IMG/VR virus record: IMGVR_UViG_3300045988_071562
Coordinates: 18,522-82,521 of that record
DNA: 64,000 nt
Reading direction: 5' to 3' (one strand)
Source: a virus
Shown here: piece by piece, positions 26,945 through 33,499 of the stretch
How the letters are laid out: each line of letters opens with the position of its first letter
How positions within the stretch are numbered: position 1 is the stretch's first letter
Notes under the pieces: model-generated
What the model saw: the letters and a program-made list of their open reading frames with translations, nothing else
Told to the model about the DNA's origin: nothing
Databases searched by the model: none
Position numbers and translations under genes: made by a program

Positions 26945-27016
26945 CTGGGCTAGTTGGATTTGAACCAACGAATTGTGGAGTCAAATTCCACGGCCTTACC
27001 ACTTGGCGATAGCCCA
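26945..27016 (-). tRNA. trnQ: tRNA-Gln (anticodon TTG)
   Basis: TGGGCTA-TC-GCC-AAGTGGTAA-GGC-C-GTGGA-ATTTGAC-TCCAC-AATTC-GTTGG-TTCAAAT-CCAAC-TAGCCCA-G. The U1:A72 pair and 3-bp D stem are typical of bacterial tRNA-Gln. Confidence 0.85.
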
Positions 27017-27235
27017 TTACCCCCTGGCGCACCATTAATCCAGGGGCGTGATATATAAAGTCCAGCACTTTTATCCTATAAAGATTGTTATTCGCTACTC
27101 TGGATGCATCGACTTTTCGCTTTCGTAGGCTTTTCCGAGCCTACATGGATTAAGTCGAAGTGGTGCTTTTATGAATTTAACCCTTTCGATTAACTCGATC
27201 GGGATAATTCCAATTGGAATTGGTAGATACATATG

Positions 27236-27406
27236 TCACCTCATGATCAAGAAAATATTCAGTGCAAACACAATTTCCATCAGAAAGTAAAAGAACGCTT
27301 GTAAAAGATTTATCTTTCTTTCATCCAGCATTGACAGAACACCAGCAATAACAATCACGAAAAACATAAGATTCGCAGCAATTCCGATTAGTTCAAGTGC
27401 GTTCAT
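27236..27406 (-). CDS. Small membrane protein (56 aa)
   Basis: Below the track cutoff. ATG 27406 lies behind GGAGG (27416-27420). Reads MNALELIGIAANLMFFVIVIAGVLSMLDERKINLLQAFFYFLMEIVFALNIFLIMR. Confidence 0.45.
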   Translation of the reverse strand: MNALELIGIAANLMFFVIVIAGVLSMLDERKINLLQAFFYFLMEIVFALNIFLIMR

Positions 27407-27791
27407 CTGATTTTTCCTCCCCTATCAGGAAATCCAAAATCTTTCCTGCAATCTCTTCTTCTGGCTCAAATGGCATTCCACAGTAATTGTAGGATTCTAA
27501 AGCCGATTTTAGGCTTGATTTGAAGCCATCGTAAATTTCTCCATGTTGTAGTAATTCGTGCCTTAAAACCAAAATTGCATCAGCAATTGATTGAGAAGTG
27601 ACACTAATTTGTGCAAGGCAGTCTATCTCAATGTCTGGAACAGCCATCATTTCAAACTCAAATACCGGAATTTCATCTACTGCTGTATGAAAATTTATTG
27701 ATCTTACTCTCGGAACTTCATTTCCATCAATGAAATATTTTGTGCCGAGCCAATCATAGGGGTTGGGGTTTGTGATCTTCACTATCGGCAT
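27393..27791 (-). CDS. Hypothetical protein (132 aa)
   Basis: Start moved to ATG 27791 (MPIVKITNP) behind AAAGGGG. Confidence 0.5.
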   Translation of the reverse strand: MPIVKITNPNPYDWLGTKYFIDGNEVPRVRSINFHTAVDEIPVFEFEMMAVPDIEIDCLAQISVTSQSIADAILVLRHELLQHGEIYDGFKSSLKSALESYNYCGMPFEPEEEIAGKILDFLIGEEKSDERT

Positions 27792-28122
27792 CTTCGTACC
27801 CCTTTCTTCGAAATTTACAATACAAAAGAATGTGTTTTGCGATTTCTTCAAGCTCATATATGCTGTATCTTGGAACTACACATGGCTCACGTTTCAATAA
27901 TGGGGATAATGGTGAAAATGGCTTTGGCGGCTCATATGTTATAGTCGCGTTAATAATCATGGGAGCTACATCTGTAGGAGATTGCAAAAGATTTTTGCCT
28001 TCTGAACCAATCACCTGTTTCCATTTTCCACCTACTTTCAAAAAGCATTCCCCGTATTTTTCCCTAACCGTCCCTTCTGGAGCGACGTCTTCTTTATCTT
28101 TGTAGAAGGTGTAATCTGTCAC
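27754..28122 (-). CDS. Hypothetical protein (122 aa)
   Basis: From the ORF track. ATGA overlap with the upstream gene. Confidence 0.5.
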   Translation of the reverse strand: MTDYTFYKDKEDVAPEGTVREKYGECFLKVGGKWKQVIGSEGKNLLQSPTDVAPMIINATITYEPPKPFSPLSPLLKREPCVVPRYSIYELEEIAKHILLYCKFRRKGYEDADSEDHKPQPL

Positions 28123-28544
28123 CCTTCTTCTACCTCCCCGAAATATTTCTTGTAAAGCTTATTGTTGTAATACCACAGATGTTGCATCACAAAAAATTTA
28201 TCAATACATTTCAGACCATAATACATTACTCTGTACTCGGCGGTTCTGTCTCCGTTTTCATCAGCACTGTAACCAGCTAATTCAGATTTTGATTTAGCCC
28301 CAAACCATCTGCCATTCTTCGTTACAAACAGGGAAAGGTCTCCGTATTCACAAACATATGTAGCAGTTTGAGTATCATATAATCTACCATCAGCTAATAT
28401 CGCTTTTGCGTGAATTGGCTTCACCAGTTTTCGGATTGCTGGGGATTCTTGTCCGACATTTTCATAATCATGTCTGATTTCAGAAACACCTTTTTTATTT
28501 TTTGAGAAAAATTTAAGCACGTCTTTTCCTCCCGAAATATTCAT
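28119..28544 (-). CDS. Hypothetical protein (141 aa)
   Basis: From the ORF track (TTG 28547 / ATG 28544). Its start overlaps the 3' end of the RHH gene. Confidence 0.5.
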   Translation of the reverse strand: MNISGGKDVLKFFSKNKKGVSEIRHDYENVGQESPAIRKLVKPIHAKAILADGRLYDTQTATYVCEYGDLSLFVTKNGRWFGAKSKSELAGYSADENGDRTAEYRVMYYGLKCIDKFFVMQHLWYYNNKLYKKYFGEVEEG

Positions 28545-28668
28545 CAACTGCCTGTCTTACAATATCCGATACGCTCCTGTCTGTTCGGTTCTTCTCTTCC
28601 AGGAGCCTTTTTTTCTGTTTTTCGGAAAATCGGATACGGATGGATTCGGATTGTGGGTTTGGTTTCAT
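28513..28668 (-). CDS. Ribbon-helix-helix (CopG/Arc-like) protein, 51 aa
   Basis: Below the track cutoff. ATG 28668 lies behind GAGGTAAG. MKPNPQSESIRIRFSEKQKKRLLEEKNRTDRSVSDIVRQAVDEYFGRKRRA has the beta-strand and two-helix RHH pattern. Confidence 0.55.
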   Translation of the reverse strand: MKPNPQSESIRIRFSEKQKKRLLEEKNRTDRSVSDIVRQAVDEYFGRKRRA

Positions 28669-28679
28669 AAGCACTTACC

Positions 28680-29147
28680 TCAACTTACAATTTCAATTGG
28701 ATATCCTAAATATGCTTCCAACTCTGAAACAGTCAGTTTGCGTGGTTTCTTTATTTCAACATCAACACGCTGTATGATATTGTCTGTTGTCTTTGCGATT
28801 GCCTTTCCGGTATAACTTTCAAGCTCTTCGTTTGCATATACATTCAAATGTTCATATCCATATGCCCGGCACCATCTTGCAGCTGAATCAACAATTTTTC
28901 TTAGCTCTTCTTGCTCATCACCAAACAACTCCGAATATCTAACCGCCTTGTTGGGGTCGTTCAAACTTACTCCGCAAGAAGCCACAACATGTTTATATGG
29001 ACTTCCAATAAAATGAAAATATCTATTCGATTCCATTGCTTTTTGGCCTTTTGGCAAGTTGAACCCTTGAGCTATTGCTTTTTTAAGCAACTGTTCTGAT
29101 TCAACATTGTTTTCTGTAATAATGCATTTGTTTGTAAAATCAATCAT
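28680..29147 (-). CDS. Hypothetical protein (155 aa)
   Basis: From the ORF track. Overlaps the resolvase gene stop by 8 nt. Confidence 0.5.
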   Translation of the reverse strand: MIDFTNKCIITENNVESEQLLKKAIAQGFNLPKGQKAMESNRYFHFIGSPYKHVVASCGVSLNDPNKAVRYSELFGDEQEELRKIVDSAARWCRAYGYEHLNVYANEELESYTGKAIAKTTDNIIQRVDVEIKKPRKLTVSELEAYLGYPIEIVS

Positions 29148-29730
29148 CTTTATCCCCCTCTAAAAGTTTATATAGCGTGCTTCTTGAAACTCCCATAATC
29201 TCGGCAAATTGTACCTTTGTTATTTCCCCTCTTTGCCAGCTACGTTTGGTTTCTTTGAAAAGTTCCTTATCTATCTCTTTTTTGGCGCGGCCTTTATATT
29301 TGCCTTGCGTTTTTGCTATTTCAATACCTTCTTTTTGACGCTTCCGAATGTTTTCTCTCTCTCTTTGGGCTACATATGAAAAAAGCTGCAATACAATGTC
29401 TGTAATTAAGGTTCCTGTTAAGTCTTTATCCTGGCATGTGTTAAGAAGCGGCATGTCCTGTACGATAATATCGGCTCCGATTTCTTTTGTGATACATCTC
29501 CACTGTTCAACAATTTCATTGTAGTTTCTTCCAAGACGGTCAATTGAATGGATTACCAATATATCGTCTTTTGTTAGCTCTGAAATCATTCTCTGGTACT
29601 CTGGACGATTGAAGTCTTTCCCAGATTTTTTATCCATATAAATTTTTTCAACACCATCTGCTTTCATTGCTTCAATCTGTCTCGCTTCGTTCTGATCTGC
29701 TGTTGAAACTCTTACATATCCTATCTTCAT
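29140..29730 (-). CDS. Small serine recombinase (resolvase/invertase family)
   Basis: MKIGYVRVSTADQNEARQIEAM.. carries the catalytic Ser. ..SIDRLGRN.. is present, with a C-terminal HTH ..ITKVQFAEIMGVSRSTLYKLL.. 196 aa. Confidence 0.9.
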   Translation of the reverse strand: MKIGYVRVSTADQNEARQIEAMKADGVEKIYMDKKSGKDFNRPEYQRMISELTKDDILVIHSIDRLGRNYNEIVEQWRCITKEIGADIIVQDMPLLNTCQDKDLTGTLITDIVLQLFSYVAQRERENIRKRQKEGIEIAKTQGKYKGRAKKEIDKELFKETKRSWQRGEITKVQFAEIMGVSRSTLYKLLEGDKDD

Positions 29731-29820
29731 ACATAATCACTCCCATTTGTTTATAGGTTGATTATACACTTTTTCAATTATGTTTGCAAGTGTATTATAC
29801 ACATTTATGAGTATTTTTCA

Positions 29821-29849
29821 TTGACTATTGAAATGCTTTTGAGTATGAT
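29821..29849 (+). promoter_or_regulatory. Sigma-A-type promoter for the XRE gene
   Basis: TTGACT (29821-29826), 17-bp spacer, TATGAT (29844-29849), then AGGAGG and ATG 29872. Confidence 0.6.
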
Positions 29850-29871
29850 AATGTCAATAGGAGGTATTTAT

Positions 29872-30105
29872 ATGGTTTCTGATAAGATAAAGCAAATAAT
29901 GAAAATGAAAAAAGTAACCAGTGTTCAATTAGCTCAGCACCTTGGGATACTACCGCAATCGCTTGCAAATAAATTTTCAAGGGGAAGCATATCCGCAGAT
30001 GAACTAATTCAGATTCTTGATTTTCTGGAATGTCAACTGATAATTGAACCAAAACCAGATATATCAATCAAACTAACAACAGATGATCTCAAAAGGGAAC
30101 CGTGA
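29872..30105 (+). CDS. XRE-family HTH regulator
   Basis: Start moved to ATG 29872. MVSDKIKQIMKMKKVTSVQLAQHLGILPQSLANKFSRGSISADELIQIL.. It is divergent from the resolvase gene. Confidence 0.7.
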   Translation: MVSDKIKQIMKMKKVTSVQLAQHLGILPQSLANKFSRGSISADELIQILDFLECQLIIEPKPDISIKLTTDDLKREP

Positions 30106-30119
30106 TGGTTCTCTTTTTT
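30095..30119. terminator. Bidirectional terminator between convergent genes
   Basis: GGGAACC (30095-30101) pairs with GGTTCTC (30107-30113) with 1 mismatch. There is a T6 run on plus and an A/T run on the other side. Confidence 0.55.
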
Positions 30120-30128
30120 ATGCTCTAA

Positions 30129-30311
30129 TTAATCCCTGTCCATATTCTCTGAAAGTTCATCTATAATCCGAACGATCTCTTCTTTCTGAGTTTCCGACAA
30201 TTCTTTTCTGAGCTTTCTGCTGAAATTACCATCATTGATATGTAACACCTCTGCGATCTGCCATAAGCGAACGCCCTTTGCCTTGGCATAGTTCTTGATA
30301 TCTTGATTCAT
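30129..30311 (-). CDS. Small HTH protein (Cro/excisionase-like size, 60 aa)
   Basis: ..AKAKGVRLWQIAEVLHINDGNFSRKLRKEL.. Confidence 0.55.
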   Translation of the reverse strand: MNQDIKNYAKAKGVRLWQIAEVLHINDGNFSRKLRKELSETQKEEIVRIIDELSENMDRD

Positions 30312-30685
30312 GTTTTATACCTGCCTTTCCTGGTATTGCCTTATTTTGTATTGACAGAGAAACAGTTAAGGCTTAATGCTTGTCGTGTTGCAATCACTAT
30401 CCCTGCCATGTTAAGGAGAGCTTTTTTGTTTTTTCGGGCGGTTTCGGTGGTAACTACCGCTGACTGGGGTTTTATATATACCCCCTCCCGGTCATCCAGT
30501 GCGGTCGCTGTTTATCGTAAGCCTTCGGCGGTGGTCAAGGAAATGCTATGCAAAATCTATTGTCATATTGCACAAAAAACAGTGTTTTATAGAATGTCTT
30601 TTTAGGGTGTACCCTATTTATACATTACATATTACTATATATAGAATCCATTTTCTCGTAATCACAACATATAGTATTTTTACTG

Positions 30686-31381
30686 TTATAATTCCGGTTT
30701 TTCCATCTCTGGAAGCTGCAAAGCTGCTTTGTGTTTCTCTGCAATCTCTGCGGCGGTTCGCCTTGGCTTTCCGCTGTTCTCGTCTGCGCCTCTTCCGTTT
30801 GGAGCGTTCCAACCATATTGAGTATTGAGTTTCATCGCAACGCCTGTATTATTCCTGTCGCTAATTCCAATGTTAGACAAAGAGTGTTCGTCCATTAATC
30901 TAATTTTTTTCACTAGGTCAAGGTGTGCAGTGCTTGCAATCTCCCTATATTCGCCCCTATTATTTAACTTCCATTCCTGTATATCCTTTATTACATTACC
31001 GTCTATATCTATATATATCTTTGATTTATAATCACCATTTAACCAATTATACATAGTCTGTTCACTTATTTTTATATACCTACTAAACCCTTGTATATTA
31101 ACCTCTTTGTTATATGTTTTGCAAATTTGCTCATATCTATCTAAAATATAATCAATAAGTGGCGCATTGTCAGAATCTATAATGGTTTTTCTGTTATATT
31201 TTAAAGTCACATTATCTGGCTTTAAAAATATGTGATCTCCAGCGTAAGACATGGCAGCCTCAAAAGTATTTTGCGGTGCTTTGGATAAATCATCAATCTT
31301 GTATCTATTGCAAAAAGCAAGCAAATAGCTTTCTGTTTCTTCTTCAAAATTTTCTAAAATATTCTCTGTTGATCTCACCAT
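30686..31381 (-). CDS. Terminase small subunit-like protein (tentative)
   Basis: Start moved to ATG 31381 behind GTGAGG. The HTH ..QGFSRYIKISEQTMYNWLNG.. and ..NNTGVAMKLNTQYGWNAP.. resemble TerS (Terminase_2-type). It lies about 9 kb from TerL. Confidence 0.5.
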   Translation of the reverse strand: MVRSTENILENFEEETESYLLAFCNRYKIDDLSKAPQNTFEAAMSYAGDHIFLKPDNVTLKYNRKTIIDSDNAPLIDYILDRYEQICKTYNKEVNIQGFSRYIKISEQTMYNWLNGDYKSKIYIDIDGNVIKDIQEWKLNNRGEYREIASTAHLDLVKKIRLMDEHSLSNIGISDRNNTGVAMKLNTQYGWNAPNGRGADENSGKPRRTAAEIAEKHKAALQLPEMEKPEL

Positions 31382-31752
31382 GTCTCGCCTCACTTTAACA
31401 CGTTAATTTGTAAATAAAAAAAGAGAACAACCCAAAACAAAAGTAACCTGTAATCCAATCACTCTTATTTTTTTATCGTTCTCTTTGGTAAAATGTCGTA
31501 AAAAGTAAATTTATTTTCGTTGCTGATACCTTAACACAGTTTTTAATATCTTGTCAAATTTAATTTTGCATAAAATAAAACCATCTATTTTGTTAGTAAT
31601 TAATAAATAATAATTGGGGTATTATATTATAATCTTTATTTATATTTATATCTTATATATTATTATACGGTACTGTATAGCATATCTTTTAATAAACTCT
31701 AGTCTTAAGAATCTATGGAGGGGTAAAAGATATATTATATATAATATATTTA

Positions 31753-31805
31753 AACATAATAAAAGCCAGACCTTACCGGGCTGCAATGCCTGGTTGATCT
31801 GGCTT
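31753..31805 (-). terminator. Intrinsic terminator of the 33166-32193 minus-strand operon
   Basis: AAGCCAGA (31763-31770) pairs with TCTGGCTT (31798-31805), with inner CCGGGC/GCCTGG pairing. TTTTATTAT follows on the minus strand. Confidence 0.55.
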
Positions 31806-31946
31806 GTTAGGTGCTATTTTATTCTGTTCAGGTGCAAACGATTTTGCAATAACTACCCCTCCATGAGTTCCCGCGACCGTCGTTGGTAATAACGTTACTG
31901 TAAGTTCTCCAGAAAGTCAAGACCAAAAATAAGAAAAATATTTTTC

Positions 31947-31976
31947 TTGACAAAAATTAAAAACCTGTGCTATTAA
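31947..31976 (+). promoter_or_regulatory. Sigma-A promoter with extended -10
   Basis: TTGACA (31947-31952), 18-bp spacer, TGcTATTAA (31968-31976). Confidence 0.55.
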
Positions 31977-31982
31977 TATCTT

Positions 31983-32080
31983 AACAGTTTCGGCGGTGGG
32001 CTGTTAACCCCTCGATTGTCGTTACGCCGCCACAAATAAGCATTTTAAAAGCCCTAGGAATTATCCCAGGGCTTTTTCTT
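31983..32080 (+). ncRNA. Candidate small RNA 1 (about 98 nt)
   Basis: Lies between the promoter above and the intrinsic terminator GCCCTAGG/CCCAGGGC (32051-32072) plus T5. There is no ATG or SD. Internal alternative pairings exist: TTAACAG/CTGTTAA and GGCGG/CCGCC. Confidence 0.4.
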
Positions 32081-32081
32081 A

Positions 32082-32110
32082 TTGACAACTATATTTTTAT
32101 ATGCTATATT
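32082..32110 (+). promoter_or_regulatory. Second sigma-A promoter with extended -10
   Basis: TTGACA (32082-32087), 17-bp spacer, TGcTATATT (32102-32110). Confidence 0.55.
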
Positions 32111-32116
32111 TATTAT

Positions 32117-32193
32117 ACCTAAAATTTAGGTGTGAATTGAAAAATATTTATTATTTAATGGAGATTGGACAACCAAAAAAGTTGTCCTTTTTT
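32117..32193 (+). ncRNA. Candidate small RNA 2 (about 77 nt)
   Basis: Ends at hairpin GGACAAC/GTTGTCC (32167-32187) plus T6. No SD-preceded ORF. Contains the 13-nt palindrome CCTAAAATTTAGG. Confidence 0.3.
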
Positions 32194-32504
32194 CATTCTA
32201 CGTAATACAATTCTATTGGTTCCCCATTCTTAAATAAAATATGGCTTGCTCCCGAAAATGTAACTGTTGAGAAATTGATAGCTGCGTTTTCATCCCAAGA
32301 ATAACCGTTTTCTTTGAAACTCTCGTCAGAAGAATTTTCAATCATATTTTCCACATAATCTTTTATGGGGTCTTCGTCATCTTCTGTCCATTCCTCCGAG
32401 TATTCGCATTGAAATTGTTCTTTGCATACTTCGTAAATCGGTTCTTTTGTCCCCTCATTGTAACTCTGGGACATTGTAATCTCGTGATAATATATTTTTT
32501 TCAT
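32193..32504 (-). CDS. Hypothetical strongly acidic protein (103 aa)
   Basis: From the ORF track. ..QCEYSEEWTEDDEDPIKDYVENMIENSSDESFKENGYSWDENA.. Confidence 0.5.
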   Translation of the reverse strand: MKKIYYHEITMSQSYNEGTKEPIYEVCKEQFQCEYSEEWTEDDEDPIKDYVENMIENSSDESFKENGYSWDENAAINFSTVTFSGASHILFKNGEPIELYYVE

Positions 32505-32530
32505 ATTTTTTTATCCTCCTGAAAGTTTGA

Positions 32531-32818
32531 TTATCCTATAATTTTTAAATATTTTCTATGTCCATCCATATTCTTGTCTAATGCGTAAAAGCAAGGATTT
32601 TTGTCCCCCTGTAAAACTTCGTTTATTTCGTAGTCCCATCCCCATGGAGCTTTTACCATTAACTTGCCCATATCGTTTTTAAAAGGCTCCCATCCTTCTG
32701 GTGTTTCTACTGTCATTTCTTCCCAGCAATCAGCCGTTGCATGTGGTGCTCCAAAAGTGTATTTCTTCCTTTTCTCCGCTCCTAATACTCCGTAATTGCA
32801 ATAGATTTTAATTTTCAT
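32531..32818 (-). CDS. Hypothetical protein (95 aa)
   Basis: From the ORF track, with a GGAGGG SD. Confidence 0.5.
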   Translation of the reverse strand: MKIKIYCNYGVLGAEKRKKYTFGAPHATADCWEEMTVETPEGWEPFKNDMGKLMVKAPWGWDYEINEVLQGDKNPCFYALDKNMDGHRKYLKIIG

Positions 32819-32876
32819 ATTTTCCCTCCTGATCTGTCCCTGTCTGGGGCTGTGCTGTTCTTCTTTAACTGTCTTT

Positions 32877-32906
32877 ATTATATCACTATATTTTGTGATT
32901 TGTCAA
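32877..32906 (-). promoter_or_regulatory. Consensus sigma-A promoter (minus strand) for 32818-32193
   Basis: Minus strand reads TTGACA (32906-32901), 18-bp spacer, TGaTATAAT (hexamer 32882-32877). Confidence 0.6.
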
Positions 32907-32914
32907 TGTATTTA

Positions 32915-33166
32915 TCACTCTTTTTTGTGAATTATATTTATATAATCTGATCTATCTTTTTCTGTTTCTACATATTTCAAAATGTCTCTTGGCTGCATCT
33001 CCAGAACTGCGCAAAGCCGATTAAGGTTATCAAGAGATATATTAGTATCTCTATCCCTAAATTTTTTCATTGTAGCCTGTCCAAAAATCCCGGTATTTTT
33101 TGCAACTGTTGTATTTATACCAATATTTGAAAGTTCTTTTATTACATCGATTTTATACTCTAGCAT
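32915..33166 (-). CDS. XRE-family HTH regulator (83 aa)
   Basis: Start moved to ATG 33166 behind AGGAGG. MLEYKIDVIKELSNIGINTTVAKNTGIFGQATMKKFRDRDTNISLDNLNRLCAVLEMQPRDIL. Confidence 0.7.
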   Translation of the reverse strand: MLEYKIDVIKELSNIGINTTVAKNTGIFGQATMKKFRDRDTNISLDNLNRLCAVLEMQPRDILKYVETEKDRSDYINIIHKKE

Positions 33167-33197
33167 TTTTCTTTCCTCCTGTTTTATTTCTATATAT

Positions 33198-33226
33198 AAT
33201 GTAACTTTTTGCGATCTAAATGTCAA
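33198..33226 (-). promoter_or_regulatory. Promoter of the XRE gene (minus strand)
   Basis: Minus strand reads TTGACA (33226-33221), 17-bp spacer, TACATT (33203-33198). Confidence 0.5.
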
Positions 33227-33259
33227 GAAAAATTTTCACTTATTTTTGTGATTTATGTA

Positions 33260-33288
33260 TTGACTTTCCCTAAAATTAGTGATATTAT
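33260..33288 (+). promoter_or_regulatory. Divergent sigma-A promoter for the plus-strand block
   Basis: TTGACT (33260-33265), 17-bp spacer, TGaTATTAT (33280-33288). A leader of about 200 nt, rich in A/C with several GGA motifs, precedes ATG 33500. Confidence 0.6.
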
Positions 33289-33499
33289 ATAACCATCAAC
33301 AAAGGAACAAAAGAAACAAACAACCGGAACCGCCCGAACCACTCAACACAATGAGGACATAAGGAACCGAATCCGATTAATTGAAAAATTCTAGTTCCTG
33401 GACAAAATAAAAAAAAGCCCGGCGATCTTCCAAACCAAACCGGGCACCAAACTAAAAAGAAAGGCAACCCTATTATAACAGGGTCGAAGGTAAAAAACA

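Noticed and set aside
25944-27016. Suppressor tRNAs or stop-codon recoding, as seen in some gut phages.
   Set aside because: The anticodons read CCA, CAT, CAT and TTG, all standard. Long genes such as the 1632-aa tape measure, TerL and portal are intact under genetic code 11.
27206-27221. A perfect 16-bp palindrome, AATTCCAATTGGAATT, lies upstream of the tRNA cluster.
   Set aside because: About one perfect 16-bp palindrome is expected by chance in 64 kb of AT-rich DNA. There is no second copy and no adjacent regulator, so it is not reported as a feature.
30303-30828. Plus-strand ORFs 30303-30605 and 30499-30828.
   Set aside because: They have no SD and overlap the divergent regulatory and structured region and the TerS-like gene 3' end. 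Their amino-acid composition is implausible.
31715-31864. An 11-bp inverted repeat, ATGGAGGGGTA (31715-31725) and TACCCCTCCAT (31854-31864), surrounds the terminator hairpin. It could be a small inverton.
   Set aside because: An 11-bp inverted repeat within 150 bp is expected a few times per 64 kb by chance. No promoter lies inside the segment. It would be worth checking only if read data show inversions.
31614-31889. A 91-aa plus-strand ORF lies in the AT-rich interval.
   Set aside because: It has a TTG start and no SD. Its Ile/Tyr/Leu-rich translation comes from AT-rich DNA, and it runs through a terminator hairpin.
30433-33342. GC-rich 11-mers are shared between intergenic regions. TTCGGGCGGTT occurs at 30433 and reverse-complemented at 33330. 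TTCGGCGGTGG occurs at 30524 and 31989. These could be recombination sites flanking a 2.9-kb segment.
   Set aside because: Exact 11-mer matches are expected hundreds of times among all position pairs in 64 kb. The flanks do not extend the similarity, and there is no symmetry typical of res/hix/att sites.
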